In this document: piece after piece, positions 1 through 14,365 of the stretch
Layout: each line of letters begins with the position of its first letter
Numbering within the stretch: the first letter of the stretch is position 1
DNA from: a virus
Lineage: Duplodnaviria > Caudoviricetes
Reading direction: 5' to 3' (one strand)
Length of the DNA stretch: 64,000 nucleotides
Virus record (IMG/VR): IMGVR_UViG_2639763161_000004
Location: 8,780 to 72,779 of that record
The notes under the pieces: model-generated
The model's database searches: none
Seen by the model: only the letters and a program-made list of their open reading frames with translations
What the model was told of the DNA's origin: nothing
Program-made: the position numbers and the translations under genes

Positions 1-27
1 GATAAAGCCCTTGCGGACTATCCCCGT

Positions 28-573
28 GTGATGGCTGTAAGATTTGACCTTCACTTCCCCGATGAAGAAGACAGGATGGACTGCCCTACACGCTATTACG
101 ACGCTCCCGATGTTATTTCCAACTTTATCGCCTCAGTGAAATCCCAGATTAAAGAGGACGTTAAGCGCAAGAGAAAAGCAGGTAAGACAACGCTGACCTG
201 TAAGGTAAGGTTCGTATGGGTGCGAGAACTCAATCAGGATGAAACAAAACACCACTATCACGTCCTTTTGCTGCTCAACAAGGATGCCTATCCCTGGCCT
301 GGTAAAAGACGAACAGAATCATTAACAAATTTTTATAGCATTTATCAAATCGTGATTAACGCCTGGATCCGAGCAATTAAACGTAATTGCCATGAAAAAA
401 ACTATCATGGGCTTATCCATATTCCTGCTGGGGGTTATTATTGTTTAAATAGTAATAAACCTCAGTTTGAGACTGATTACGAAGCATTAACCGAAAGAGC
501 AATGTATCTGGCAAAAGAATTTAGCAAAGATCACTCAGACGGCAGGCGTAATCTGGGTTGTTCGCAGGGGTAA
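28..573 (+). CDS. Inovirus Gp2 / YagK-YfjJ-like protein (HUH-type), probably 5'-truncated by the window edge
   Basis: RFDLHFP, WVRE, HHYHVLLL (HUH motif), YLAK and C-terminal GCS typical of this island family; frame is open upstream. Confidence 0.8.
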   Translation: MMAVRFDLHFPDEEDRMDCPTRYYDAPDVISNFIASVKSQIKEDVKRKRKAGKTTLTCKVRFVWVRELNQDETKHHYHVLLLLNKDAYPWPGKRRTESLTNFYSIYQIVINAWIRAIKRNCHEKNYHGLIHIPAGGYYCLNSNKPQFETDYEALTERAMYLAKEFSKDHSDGRRNLGCSQG

Positions 574-679
574 GCAGCAAGAAAGTATTTTATTACTCTC
601 ATGTGGATGTTGAGAAGGAGAAAGTGCCAACGGTCGATCAGACCTGTACGGCACATCTCCATACCTCTCAGCGTTACAT

Positions 680-910
680 ATGGAGACCGTCATTATGACA
701 ACTCAGAATAACTTACCCTTCCTGCATAACGACGAGCTTGTCGATATGGCATTCATCACCACCTACACCAAAATGACGGATAAGTGGTTCTACAAACTTA
801 TTCAGGATGGTGCTTTCCCTAAGCCCATCAAGCTCGGGCGCAGCTCCCGCTGGCTCAAAAGCGAAGTGGAAACCTGGATGCAGCAGCGTATTACGCAGTC
901 CCGCATGTAA
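680..910 (+). CDS. alpA: AlpA-family HTH regulator / recombination directionality factor
   Basis: FYKLIQDGAFPKPIKLGRSSRWLKSEV signature. Confidence 0.9.
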   Translation: METVIMTTQNNLPFLHNDELVDMAFITTYTKMTDKWFYKLIQDGAFPKPIKLGRSSRWLKSEVETWMQQRITQSRM

Positions 911-1041
911 CCCACGTATTCGCGAGTTACGCTAAACTAACGACTCACCGACCAGAATTATTCCACCATTTGCACACTCCCATTCTGCCCATCCTGGGAA
1001 GACTTTCGTCTGCGTGTCTTCTGGCGGTAATGAACAACATA

Positions 1042-1350
1042 ATGTATGCCAAATCTTTTATTGCCCATGCTTCACGTGGACGTCTGACTTCGGCTGCTGA
1101 AGCAATAACATCCCCTTACGACTGCTACACATGTCACCTATGCGGCAGTTCGCTAGACTTTCATACGTAATGGGGCATGGCTCGTCCCTAGTTTGTACAT
1201 ACCGCAGATGCCTACACTGAGAATAGTCGACTACCTTGCCTCTACGTGACGATCGTTCTCGGGAAATTTCCCCTTCTTCAGAGGCTGCGACGTCTGGTGA
1301 AAATACACACCTTTTGATGCGTAAGGGGGATTGGCAATGTGCGGGTTGCA
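1042..1350 (+). pseudogene. Degraded zinc-ribbon island protein
   Basis: MYAKSFIA...YTCHLCGSSL followed by premature stop at 1168-1170 and further stops; right end approximate. Confidence 0.55.
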
Positions 1351-1683
1351 GTAAGGGCCTGATTACCAGGTCAGGGTAAGGCCCCCGGAATTAACACACC
1401 TTTGCGCTGCTTTATAAAATCAGGTTGCCGGGTAGCGCACCAGTAGTATTCGCAACATAAGCTTTTGGCACGGAGCGGACGTTAGGTTCGCAACGGCCAC
1501 GGTGAGCGAAAAGCGGACGTTCGCAGTTAGCCGACAGTAGATGAAGAATTGGCTAATGAAGCCGTGTATTCATTTACAGGGAGCAGGTCACCTTCATCGC
1601 TAAAGTACAGAAAGCTTCTGGTTGAGCCTGTCGCGTAATGTTAAATTTCCTGAAACGAACCAAGTTAAGACAGGGAGCTAACA

Positions 1684-1998
1684 ATGCTTAAGGCGCTTGT
1701 TACAGGAAAATTGAGTCTGGCGAAGACATTCTGGGGATGGGGATTTGGCGGAACCGCGCTGATTGTGGCCATCAGTAAGGCAGGCGTCTATGCGGGCCAG
1801 TACTGGCTGCTCCCGGTGAGTCACGTACTGCAGGCCCTGCTTTCACTCGCGGTGCTGTCCGGACTGACGTTCATCCTGAAAGAGAAGCACACCATTCCGG
1901 GAGTTGTGCTCGGGGGCGTGGCTTTTGCCATTTTTCTTGCGCACTTAATCCTGAGCGCAATATTTGCCATGCGCTTCTCTTCATGGATTTTTTTCTGA
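1684..1998 (+). CDS. Small multi-pass membrane protein, unknown function
   Basis: GGGAG RBS, about 3 hydrophobic segments, GKLSLAKTFWGWG motif. Confidence 0.75.
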   Translation: MLKALVTGKLSLAKTFWGWGFGGTALIVAISKAGVYAGQYWLLPVSHVLQALLSLAVLSGLTFILKEKHTIPGVVLGGVAFAIFLAHLILSAIFAMRFSSWIFF

Positions 1999-2027
1999 AT
2001 ACCGGCAGGTCTTCAGTTGAGATGGAA

Positions 2028-2053
2028 TAAAAAACCGCCCAGTACCGGGCGGC
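2028..2053 (-). terminator. Intrinsic terminator
   Basis: A-run + CCGCCC-agtacc-GGGCGG hairpin. Confidence 0.6.
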
Positions 2054-2230
2054 TGAACTGACTGATATTCAGAGGGGTGAACTACTTGCGTAACCCTCAG
2101 CCAAGCCTCCCCGAAGACTAGCGGCAAGCGTAAGCGGTCAAATTTCTGTACACCATGTCGTATCCGGGCAGCAAAAAGGATGGCATATCAACTCCCACTA
2201 ACCACGTCAGTTTCATCTGGCCAGTCTTTG

Positions 2231-2503
2231 CTAAGGAGGATGCTTAAAATAATGTTCATTCAGCTTTTCAGTTATCGTGGTAAGGCGATCTTGCCGCGCG
2301 ATTTCAGGTATCTGCTGGCCGTCTTTCCAGACGACTTTAATGCGATTGTTTTTATCCCGAAACACTTTTAATTTTTCTTCAGCCTCCGGGGTATAAGTCG
2401 AGGATGTCCAGTACTCAAACGTCAGCTTACGGTCTCTATATACATCGCTGTTCTGATAAAACTTGCGGATGCGCTGTACCCGCTCGAACCATTTGTCAAT
2501 CAA
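2231..2503 (-). pseudogene. C-terminal remnant of a larger (possibly restriction-endonuclease-like) protein
   Basis: Protein-like IDKWFERVQRIRKFY...FEYWTSSTYTPEA segment with no credible start or RBS. Confidence 0.4.
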
Positions 2504-2661
2504 CGGGGAGCAGGTCAGAGATAGTCCATGAGGCCGCACTGCCGTAGGACGACTTAACTGGCATAAAGTCAGTAAGGCTGTAGGAGATATACATAACCAA
2601 GGGGCCAACCTTATCGATATTTTATAAAACCGAATTCTTTATTAGTTGAGTCTTTAGGCGG

Positions 2662-2856
2662 TCAGTTCTTATCCCATAGAAGCCAGAAAGTAACGGCTAT
2701 GATTGTGATCGCAAATATTGCTGTTGAACCCCACGCGTAAGCAGGCCAGTAATTGACAGCAAGCACTCCGAAACCGAGGATAAGTATTGCCGGAATAAGT
2801 GTGCTTGCAAAGTATGTCAGCTGCGTGCGCAACCATCTTTTTAAAAAATTAATCAT
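2662..2856 (-). CDS. 64-aa two-TM membrane protein
   Basis: Two hydrophobic helices; ATGA overlap with upstream gene. Confidence 0.75.
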   Translation of the reverse strand: MINFLKRWLRTQLTYFASTLIPAILILGFGVLAVNYWPAYAWGSTAIFAITIIAVTFWLLWDKN

Positions 2857-3545
2857 CTGATAATCCGTACAATGTCGTCAGCTATGTCCTTGTCTGATCG
2901 CGAGGAATTAAGCCTGTGCGCGTTTCGGCTGATAACCGGTTCAACAATAAAATATAGCATCTCCAGTTTTGCAGCGTAGAGAGCGGAGTAGTATCTTGGA
3001 TTTTGGTATTTAAGTCGGTTTGCAGCGTCTGCCGCCAGTTGCAAATATCCGTAATAGCTCACAAGGGTTATGCCTGCAGCGGAAAGTTTTGCGAAGTTTG
3101 TAGTCGCGCCCATTCTGATGCCAATACTGTAGCTGGCAGCCATCACGATAGAATAGGTTAGCGCCTGGTTTGTTAACGACCCCGAAGCTATCGTAACTCC
3201 CATACCGATGAGTATCTTCCTGATGCGGGTTATGCGGTCTGACGTCAACCCCTCAAGCAACTGGTTGACGTATATCTCAAGCATTTTTTTGACAACGTGG
3301 TGCTCTTTGACCAGCTGGCTAATGGCTTCTAAAAACCGGACATCTTCGGTTTTCTGAGCGGTACATACGTCCTGATAGTTTTCAGTGAAGCAGGATGTAT
3401 AAAACGCAAGACGTCTGGCTCCAAGCTGAATGCGGTTTGCCTGTGCCAACACCTCATCTTTTACACCGCTCAGAGCCTTATCGAGACGTACTCCGAAAAG
3501 CCTGTCTGCCTGCATACTGTTGATGATATCTGTGTTGCTGATCAT
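2853..3545 (-). CDS. Hypothetical 230-aa protein with central hydrophobic hairpin
   Basis: Long ORF translationally coupled to 2662-2856. Confidence 0.8.
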   Translation of the reverse strand: MISNTDIINSMQADRLFGVRLDKALSGVKDEVLAQANRIQLGARRLAFYTSCFTENYQDVCTAQKTEDVRFLEAISQLVKEHHVVKKMLEIYVNQLLEGLTSDRITRIRKILIGMGVTIASGSLTNQALTYSIVMAASYSIGIRMGATTNFAKLSAAGITLVSYYGYLQLAADAANRLKYQNPRYYSALYAAKLEMLYFIVEPVISRNAHRLNSSRSDKDIADDIVRIIR

Positions 3546-3784
3546 TTGGTCTCAGGTCCGTGATTTGTCAATTAAATAACGTCAATAAGACGTATTTTAA
3601 CCGAAAAGAAAAACCCATGCTTAGCATGGAGGGTCCATTAACTGCTCAACCGCAAAAATTATAGCGGGTTCAACCTCAACATTCCGCTCCAGTTTTGCCC
3701 TGAGCAAAAGCATAAGGGCTTCTTTGATTTCTTCGCGGCTGATTACGTCACCATCACTCGCTTTCCTCAGACAAACCAGGCCGC

Positions 3785-4885
3785 TGACCCTGACCCAAAA
3801 TCCTGCTCCATTCAGAAACAGAATTCCGGCATGATTAATACCCCCCCGAGCGGAGGTTGAGCCAATGAAAAAGTCACGATTCACTGAAGAACAGATTGTC
3901 TTTACCCTCAGGCAGTCTGAACCGGGTACATCAGTACCGGAGGTCTGTGGCAAGCTGGGTATCTCCGATGCCACATTCTATACGGGGCGCAAGAAATTCG
4001 GCGGGATTTCCCCCTCTTAACTGAAGCACGTGCGACAGCCTGAGGAAGAGAATCTCAGGCTGAAAAAGTTGGTTGCCGATCTGAGCCTTGACAAGGCCAT
4101 GCTGCAGGATGTGCTGGCAAAAAAGAACTGACGCTGGCAAGACTGCGCGAATGGGTCCGGGATCTGCAGGCACGCTACGGAGCCAGCGAAAGGCTAATAT
4201 GCTTTGCCGTGCGGGTCAGCCGCAGCTCGTTCAGGTATCGTTCTGTGGCGGCAGACGACAGTGCGCTACGCCTGCGTATCAGGGAGATCAGCGGAACCCG
4301 GATCCACTATGGCTGTCGCAGAGTTCACGTCATGCCCAAGCGTGAAGGCTGCCGGGATAACCATAAACGCATGTGTCGACTCTACAGCGAGCAGGGTCTG
4401 TCCCTGCGTCTCAAACGTCCACGTTGTAACAAATCGGCACATCGCCGACAACCCCAGCCTCAGGGATTGTATCCGAATCATATCTGGGGGGGCATGGACT
4501 TTGTCTCTGACGCATTATTTGACGGACGTCGGTTACGCCTGCTGACGGTAATTGATCTCTACACGCGTGAATGTCTGGGGGATCTGCGTGGGGCAGAATC
4601 TGCGCTCAACGGAGGTTGCGGAGATGCTTAACAGTATTGCTTGCGTTCAGACATCCTTTACAACAGTTGCTGAAAACCGATAACGGCTCTGAGTTTGCAG
4701 GAACAATGCTGGACAAGTGGGTGTATGAACGAGGGATCCGTATAGACTTCTCACGCCCGGGAAACCCAACGGACAATGCGACGGTGGAGTCGTTCAACGG
4801 CAGACTGCGGGAGGAATGCCTGAATGAAAACTGGTTCATGTCGCTGGAAGATGCCCGGTGCAAAATTGAGGCTTGGCGCATACAG
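3785..4885 (+). mobile_element. IS3-family (IS407-group-like) insertion sequence remnant, inactive
   Basis: TG start at 3785; OrfA MKKSRFTEEQI at 3865 with in-frame TAA at 4018; A6G frameshift motif 4119-4125; OrfB DDE pieces (MDFVSD, DNGSEF, ESFNGRLREECLN) split over frames; right end missing. Confidence 0.9.
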
Positions 4886-5294
4886 GATCAGATACGAGGA
4901 GCGGATCAGCCCATCAACTCCCCGGAGAAACTGAATGTGACGGAAATCGTGAGGGCAGCAAAGGCCGCACAGGAGCGGATGAGACTGAGTCAGCAAGATG
5001 GGAAGGCTTTCAAGGCGGAAAGATAAATACAGGATGCTTCAGTCATTAGACGGTTGCTGATATTTCCGGTAGCGAGCACACCTCCCGATTTATCCGGGAG
5101 CAATTGCTGCTGGCTGGACTGGCTCAGGAAATGCACGGGCGCAGGAGTCTCACTGAAGCGGCAAGTGTAATCCGGGAGTCAGCGCTTTATGTCCTTAACT
5201 CTGAAAGGTAAACTATGCCCATTCATAGGAGCTGTAATCACGCATTGCTTAATAGCTGATACGCAAAGCCGTGTGTACAAAACCAGGAAGGCAT

Positions 5295-6215
5295 ATGACC
5301 AGTCGTCCCCAGATGATAATCAATGTGTTACAGGCGAATCCCGGCCAGCAGTTCACTGCCCGTCAACTGGCGCAGAAAATCATCGATCACTACAGCGCAG
5401 AACTGGCTGAAAAACGTAAAAATCCACGTTTTGTCAGCGATGAAGCTTTTTTAAGCCAAATCACCGCTGAAGTTGGTGGCAGCCGAACTGTTAAAGCGAA
5501 AGCTATGTGTCCGCAGGTTATGACGCGTGATAAGCCAAGACCACGATTGTTTTATTGGGGGGAGTCTGTGGTTGGACAGGCGGATACTAATATAGCCCCC
5601 GAACCATCAGTTGAAACTGTTAGCTTTACCGAGCATTCGTTGTATCCAATCCTGATTGATTACCTCTCGCAGGAAGAAGGGCTATTGTGCCGTCGTATTG
5701 ACGAAAAGCGTTCAAGCAACAATAAGGGGCTAGGAGGAAACCATTGGTTATATCCCGATATTGTTGCACTGGATCCCCTGGATAAAGAGTGGGATGATGT
5801 GGTTCAAAACTGTGTTCGCCATAGTGAAGGTCGTTTAACGCGACTTTGGTCTTTTGAGGTGAAAAAGCAGCTCAATCGCAGCAACGTGCGTGAATGTTTC
5901 TTCCAGGCGGTAAGCAACTCCAGTTGGGCACATTTCGGCTATCTGGTTGCCACCGAGATTAACGAGGATAAGCAGCGTAGCGTGGAACGTGAACTTCAGA
6001 TGCTCTGTGCACTACACGGTATTGGAGTTATCCTTCTGGATCCGTATGATTTCTCTAATAGCCAGACGTTGATCCCTGCACGCGAGCGCACCAGCGTGGA
6101 CTGGCAGTCAGTGAACCGTCTGGTGGAAGAAAATCGAGATTTCAAAGATTTTATTGAGCTAGTGGGGGAATACCATCAGACAGGGAAAATTCATAAAACG
6201 CTATGGAATAAATAG
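5295..6215 (+). CDS. COG2958/HrgA-like protein: N-terminal winged HTH plus PD-(D/E)xK nuclease domain
   Basis: AGGAAGG RBS before ATG 5295; EHSLYPIL, WLYPDIV, SFEVKK, FFQAVSNSSWAHFGYLVA motifs. Confidence 0.8.
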   Translation: MTSRPQMIINVLQANPGQQFTARQLAQKIIDHYSAELAEKRKNPRFVSDEAFLSQITAEVGGSRTVKAKAMCPQVMTRDKPRPRLFYWGESVVGQADTNIAPEPSVETVSFTEHSLYPILIDYLSQEEGLLCRRIDEKRSSNNKGLGGNHWLYPDIVALDPLDKEWDDVVQNCVRHSEGRLTRLWSFEVKKQLNRSNVRECFFQAVSNSSWAHFGYLVATEINEDKQRSVERELQMLCALHGIGVILLDPYDFSNSQTLIPARERTSVDWQSVNRLVEENRDFKDFIELVGEYHQTGKIHKTLWNK

Positions 6216-6258
6216 CCAATGTCAGATCAGGTCTGAGCTAATACAGCTAATATATATA

Positions 6259-6292
6259 AGAATGGCAAGTCCTTTAAAGTACTTGCCATTTT
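6259..6292. terminator. Hairpin between convergent genes
   Basis: AATGGCAAGT-cctttaaagt-ACTTGCCATT inverted repeat. Confidence 0.55.
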
Positions 6293-6328
6293 GTTCAACT
6301 CACAACGTTGTATCATGAGTTGAAGCAT

Positions 6329-9427
<3,099 letters not shown>

Positions 9428-9450
9428 GCTTTACCCCTAAATCTTTTTCT

Positions 9451-10641
9451 TTAGTTTTCAGCCTGCTGAAAGCGATACATCGTATTGATTTCATTAACCA
9501 GATACTGCAAAACACGCTTGTCGTCTTCAGTGAGATCGGCCACTTCTTCGCCCGCATGTTTCGAGTGGCTGGAGATATTAATAATCCGAGCCTCATACGG
9601 ATTGGTTTTTCCGTCATTAGTTTTTGGCAAAAGATCACCCCATTTCTTATAGCCAAGAAACGTGGAGGTTTTTTCCAGAATGTTTCTTAAAAAATTAAAG
9701 TGATACTTGCTCAGTTGACCACTCTCGATGGCTTTTTCGAGTTCTGATTTCAAATAAAGATGATATGAGAATGGCGAGTCATTGGGTTGTTGGTCTAACT
9801 GAAATGTGCCGTCGTCAAGCCTAGTCATCCGATACTTATCAAGCCATTTTTTCTTGTAACCACCGTCATCACTGTTGAGCTCATTATGCAGAACGTTATA
9901 AAAAAGCGGATTGTGAGTGGTTATGATGAATTTGACATCAGAATTGTTTGACTTGATCAGTTGGGCCAAATCTACGGCCAATTCAATCAAATGGTTCTCA
10001 TCCAGCGAACTGACCGGGTCGTCAATAAATATATATTCCAATTGGTCAAACGCGTTGGTTTCACGCTCGGCGGGTTCAGCAACATTGAGAATGTCAATCA
10101 CCTGCTCGATCAGCGTATAGAAAATACTCCAAATGAAATTGCTTTCCTCGCCCTTGGAGATTTTTAGATTCCCAGAGTGTTCATCATCACCGCGCTCAAG
10201 GGAAAAAGTCACCTCCGAAAACGCCTTTACAGTGATTTCTTTGTCGTCCTTGCCTTTAACTTTATATTCTTCATTGAATCGTGGGGTTAACTTCTCATTA
10301 GCATAGCGCTGAAAGTTGGTGATAATGTTTCGATCTTGCCCTTGATCTTTCAGTACCCAATCAGTAAACGAATTGGGCTGGATTCTTAGCCTGGGCTCGG
10401 TATCCTGCAACAGGTCGTTGTCCCAAAAGAATAAATCCTCGGTAAAAGCATTGTAATACAGGAACTTGTCTCGTGATAGCTCAGATTGATCGACTTCATC
10501 CTCATCATTCCTGGAGGGAACATGCTGCTTAAATTCTCGCGACAGGCGCGTTTTCCCCGTGCCATTAAAGGCATAGATCAACTGTACCTTTTTATTGGCG
10601 TTTTTAAGCTGCTGGGCGATTTCTGCTAGCTTCTTGCTCAT
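9451..10641 (-). CDS. prrC: PrrC anticodon nuclease (ABC-ATPase + HEPN RNase)
   Basis: [14 protein letters not shown], PrrC box [42 protein letters not shown]...RIINISSH; position between hsdS and hsdR as in E. coli prr. Confidence 0.93.
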   Translation of the reverse strand: MSKKLAEIAQQLKNANKKVQLIYAFNGTGKTRLSREFKQHVPSRNDEDEVDQSELSRDKFLYYNAFTEDLFFWDNDLLQDTEPRLRIQPNSFTDWVLKDQGQDRNIITNFQRYANEKLTPRFNEEYKVKGKDDKEITVKAFSEVTFSLERGDDEHSGNLKISKGEESNFIWSIFYTLIEQVIDILNVAEPAERETNAFDQLEYIFIDDPVSSLDENHLIELAVDLAQLIKSNNSDVKFIITTHNPLFYNVLHNELNSDDGGYKKKWLDKYRMTRLDDGTFQLDQQPNDSPFSYHLYLKSELEKAIESGQLSKYHFNFLRNILEKTSTFLGYKKWGDLLPKTNDGKTNPYEARIINISSHSKHAGEEVADLTEDDKRVLQYLVNEINTMYRFQQAEN

Positions 10642-10642
10642 A

Positions 10643-11950
10643 TCAGGCCACTACCTCTTCAGGCTTGGGAAAACTCAACAGCAAATCGCGGTAATACTCA
10701 TATTGCTTTTGGCGTAATGCGATTTCACGTGGCAAACCTTCGCTGATGGAATTGGTAAGGGCTTCGAATTTGTCTAGAATAGCGACGATGCGGGCTTGTT
10801 CGGCAAGTGATTTTTCAGCGTCATTTGGATACGGAACAGGAATTGCGATTTTAGCAAATCCATTAATCAATAATGTATTGACCTTGGTTCTGGCCACATA
10901 CTTTGCTTTCTCGGCAATGAAAGATGCTGTTTGCATGCAATAGGAAACAAACTTCGGGTTCATTGAATGCCGGAAAGCATAACAATGGTCGTGAATAGCC
11001 ACTTTTTCATCTCCAAGCCAAGCCACGGCTTTACCAACATCCTCGACGGTCTCTCCGACATCAGTTATCACCACGTCTCCTGGTTTCGCATAGCGAAGTG
11101 ACTTTGCCATATCATTTCTGACTTGAGAAAGCGCATGAGTTGTAAAGACGCCGTACCGGGTGTATATCTCACCGTAGTGAATAACACTGATACCATCTCC
11201 GACATAGTCAGCTTTCGTAAAGCGCTTTCCTCGAATAAATTCGCCAATCTCCCCCAAAGCTTTCCACTCTACGTCCCCTTCCTTAAAACTCAACAACTGG
11301 TCACGATAGTAGTTGTATTGTTTTTTACGGGCTGTAAGCTCGGCTGTAAGCTCGGCTGTAAGCTCGGCTGTAAGAGAGGTGAAAGTGTCCAGAGTGCGGA
11401 CGATTTCGGCTTGGATTTCAAGCGATTTTTTTGGGTTTTCCGGGCAGAGGATGGGGAGTAGGATTTTCCTAAAACGTTCTTTTGAAATATTGAAGCGAGT
11501 TACACCACTTGCAGTTTTTGCAATTTCAGATCGCATGAAACGGCTGCGGAATAAATACTTTGAAAATTCAGGAGTCAGCGAAGCATTTTCATTAAATCTG
11601 ACTCCAAACGAAAAACTATTCAGATAAACAGGCTCTTCAGGCTGTATAGTGACAGATGAAGACATGCCTGCTTCCTCAGCGGTTTCAGAAGATCCTGTAA
11701 ATAAAACGTCACCGTATTTAACCTTATGTTGGTTTTCAGCATCAGACATCTTGACGGATTCAAGAGAATTAAAGTCAACATCTATATTGGCAAATATGTT
11801 TTTATATGTAACAAACTTTGCATTGCCATCCTCAAAATCAGATTTACTTTTTCCGTTAAGACCGCCATATATTTCGGCCACTTCTCCCAACGGTTTCCAG
11901 TCAATCTCAACACCATCAAGCAGCTTTTCGATAAAGCTCACCTTGTTCAT
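10643..11950 (-). CDS. hsdS: Type IC specificity subunit HsdS
   Basis: Two TRDs, central TAEL-repeat spacer, [13 protein letters not shown] and [13 protein letters not shown] conserved regions. Confidence 0.96.
   Translation of the reverse strand: MNKVSFIEKLLDGVEIDWKPLGEVAEIYGGLNGKSKSDFEDGNAKFVTYKNIFANIDVDFNSLESVKMSDAENQHKVKYGDVLFTGSSETAEEAGMSSSVTIQPEEPVYLNSFSFGVRFNENASLTPEFSKYLFRSRFMRSEIAKTASGVTRFNISKERFRKILLPILCPENPKKSLEIQAEIVRTLDTFTSLTAELTAELTAELTARKKQYNYYRDQLLSFKEGDVEWKALGEIGEFIRGKRFTKADYVGDGISVIHYGEIYTRYGVFTTHALSQVRNDMAKSLRYAKPGDVVITDVGETVEDVGKAVAWLGDEKVAIHDHCYAFRHSMNPKFVSYCMQTASFIAEKAKYVARTKVNTLLINGFAKIAIPVPYPNDAEKSLAEQARIVAILDKFEALTNSISEGLPREIALRQKQYEYYRDLLLSFPKPEEVVA
11330..11374. 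repeat. 12-bp tandem repeat GGCTGTAAGCTC x3.75 encoding (TAEL)3 in hsdS
   Basis: Exact copies at 11330, 11342, 11354 and a partial copy at 11366. Confidence 0.95.
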
Positions 11951-13503
11951 GCCTCCAACTCCTTACCTTCGATCTCCGCTACGATAGAATCAATCTCCGT
12001 CCGCAATTGATCGATCTTGGTGCCGATGATTTTCAGCTCGGCATTGAGCGTAGTGATATCGACTACTTCGCGATTGTCCTCAGCTTCGATATAACTACTG
12101 ACCGACAAATTGTAATCATTGCCCTTAATATCTTCAAAGTTCACCGATTTGGCAAAATGATCAACCTCTGCCTTGCTATCAAACACCTGCATGATTTTCT
12201 CAATGTGCTTATCTGTGAGCGAGTTGTTATTGGTGTCCTTTTTGAACAGCCCGCTGGCATCGATAAATTGAGTGGACATGTCGGTTTTATGTTTGGATAG
12301 CACCAGAATATTGACGGCGATAGTGGTACCAAAAAACAGATTGGGTGCAAGTAAAATCACGGTTTCGACGTAATTATTGTCCACGAGATATTGCCTAATT
12401 TTCTTCTCGGCACCGCCCCGGTAAAAAATGCCGGGGAAGCAGACAATGGCTGCGCGCCCTTTGCTGGAAAGGTAACTGAGCGCATGCAGCACAAAGGCAA
12501 AGTCGGCTTTTGATTTGGGCGCTAAAACTCCTGCCGGGGCAAAGCGGTCATCGTTGATCAGCGTGGGATCGTCTGAGCCTATCCATTTCACCGAGTAAGG
12601 TGGGTTGGAGACGATAGCATCAAAAGGTTTGTCATCGCCAAAATGCGGATTACGCAGCGTATCACCGAGCTGGATATTGAACTTGTCGTAGTTGATGTTG
12701 TGCAAGAACATGTTCATCCGCGCCAAGTTGTAAGTGGTGTGGTTGAGTTCCTGCCCCCAAAAACCGTCTTCAATAATGTGGGCGTCAAAGTGTTTTTTGG
12801 CTTGCAGCAGCAGTGAGCCAGAACCACACGCCGGGTCATAAATCTTGTTAACGCTGGTTTGCTTGTGCATGGCAAGCTGTGCAATCAGCTTGGACACGTG
12901 TTGCGGGGTAAAAAACTCACCGCCGGATTTACCTGCGTTGGCTGCGTAGTTGGAGATAAGAAACTCGTAAGCATCACCGAAAAGATCGATGTGGCTACCC
13001 TCAAAATCGCCAAAATCTAATTCTGCCACCCCTTTGAGCACTGCTGCCAGACGTGTATTTTTGTCTTTTACCGTATTGCCGAGCCGGTTGCTGGTGGTGT
13101 CAAAATCAGCAAACAATCCCTTGATATCGTTCTCTGAAGGGTAACCGCTGGCTGACATTTCAATAGCCGAGAAGATGTCAGCCAAATCGGTATTTAATTT
13201 TTCGTTAGTACTGGCACCTGCGGCGATGTTAACAAACAAATCATCTGGGTAAATGAAATAGCCTTTAGTTTTAATGGCGTCGTCTTTGATTTCCGGGGTA
13301 ATGACGCTCCGGGGGAGTGTTGCATACTTGACACTGTCATCACCGCCTTCAATGTAATTAGCAAAGTTTTCGCTGATGAAGCGGTAAAACAGAGCGCCTA
13401 AAACGTATTGCTTAAAATCCCAGCCATCCACTGCACCGCGTACATCGTTGGCAATCTGCCAGATCTGGCGTTGCAGTGCGGCGCGTTGTTGGGTGCTTGT
13501 CAT
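11947..13503 (-). CDS. hsdM: Type I N6-adenine methyltransferase HsdM
   Basis: [14 protein letters not shown] (motif I), NPPY (motif IV). Confidence 0.97.
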   Translation of the reverse strand: MTSTQQRAALQRQIWQIANDVRGAVDGWDFKQYVLGALFYRFISENFANYIEGGDDSVKYATLPRSVITPEIKDDAIKTKGYFIYPDDLFVNIAAGASTNEKLNTDLADIFSAIEMSASGYPSENDIKGLFADFDTTSNRLGNTVKDKNTRLAAVLKGVAELDFGDFEGSHIDLFGDAYEFLISNYAANAGKSGGEFFTPQHVSKLIAQLAMHKQTSVNKIYDPACGSGSLLLQAKKHFDAHIIEDGFWGQELNHTTYNLARMNMFLHNINYDKFNIQLGDTLRNPHFGDDKPFDAIVSNPPYSVKWIGSDDPTLINDDRFAPAGVLAPKSKADFAFVLHALSYLSSKGRAAIVCFPGIFYRGGAEKKIRQYLVDNNYVETVILLAPNLFFGTTIAVNILVLSKHKTDMSTQFIDASGLFKKDTNNNSLTDKHIEKIMQVFDSKAEVDHFAKSVNFEDIKGNDYNLSVSSYIEAEDNREVVDITTLNAELKIIGTKIDQLRTEIDSIVAEIEGKELEA

Positions 13504-13664
13504 GGTAAAACTCCGGTTTTAATACATTTTTGATAGCCAAAGGCCTATTATAAGTCCTGCATTATAACGATTAGGGGCGTTCTAATCATTTCGAATTGTC
13601 ACTAAAATGGGTGAATCGTAGCGGTAATGGTGATTGATTAATATTTAGACTACACACGGATAAC

Positions 13665-14344
13665 GATTTGCCCAGTATTCCCCCAAACGGCCGACTGAAA
13701 GGCTGGTGCACCTTGCATAATATATTCTGATCGCTGTTGGCCTTGCCAGACAGGAAAGGAAGCGCTTTAGGACTCGTAAACGCATATGTTCATCATGCTG
13801 AGGTTGCCGACGACGCAGAAACGTCATCTGTTTCCCGAACGTTAGCTTCGGACATCATCTGGCTGCAGGAACAAGCGAAACGTTACGGGCCATCAGCACA
13901 GCTCTACAGCAAGGGGAGTACATCTGGCTTGCCAGGTCTGGCCAAATCACGCAGTAGAGCATGCTGTTTCGCTTTACGTGCACGATCGAAACCCTTCGGG
14001 CAATGGACTTGATCGACTGGCTGGTGTCCGCAAAAGAATGGAAAGAAAAATCTAAACTGGCAGGTAATGTCTGTGCGATCTACACGCCGAAAGACGAACT
14101 GCACCAGGTGTTCAGTGGCACGGGTGAACTCATCAGGCCGATGAAGCTACGGCTTACCGGCGATATCAGCGGTATTCCTGCGCTGACCGCCCAGTGCAAT
14201 CTGAACGCTTGCCTGATGACGAGGGATTTTTCGTTTATCGGCTGTTACCTGACCCGTTCCGTGAGCATAAGAGGCTCATGCCCAACGAGGTTTCGGATGA
14301 AAAAAGAATATAGCGATAAAAGGACGCCCGGCCACATAGGCTGA
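13665..14344 (+). pseudogene. DUF2913-like island gene, frameshifted
   Basis: Fragments LVHLA*..IAVGLARQ, RTLASDIIWL and LFRFTCTIETL in different frames. Confidence 0.55.
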
Positions 14345-14365
14345 GCGTCCAAGGATTACGCCATT

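Noticed and set aside
3621..5026. Several overlapping ORFs as real genes
   Set aside because: Fragments or antisense shadows of the dead IS3 and of the genes it interrupted
11330..11374. CRISPR-like array
   Set aside because: Spacer-less coding tandem repeat; no CRISPR array or cas genes seen in the window
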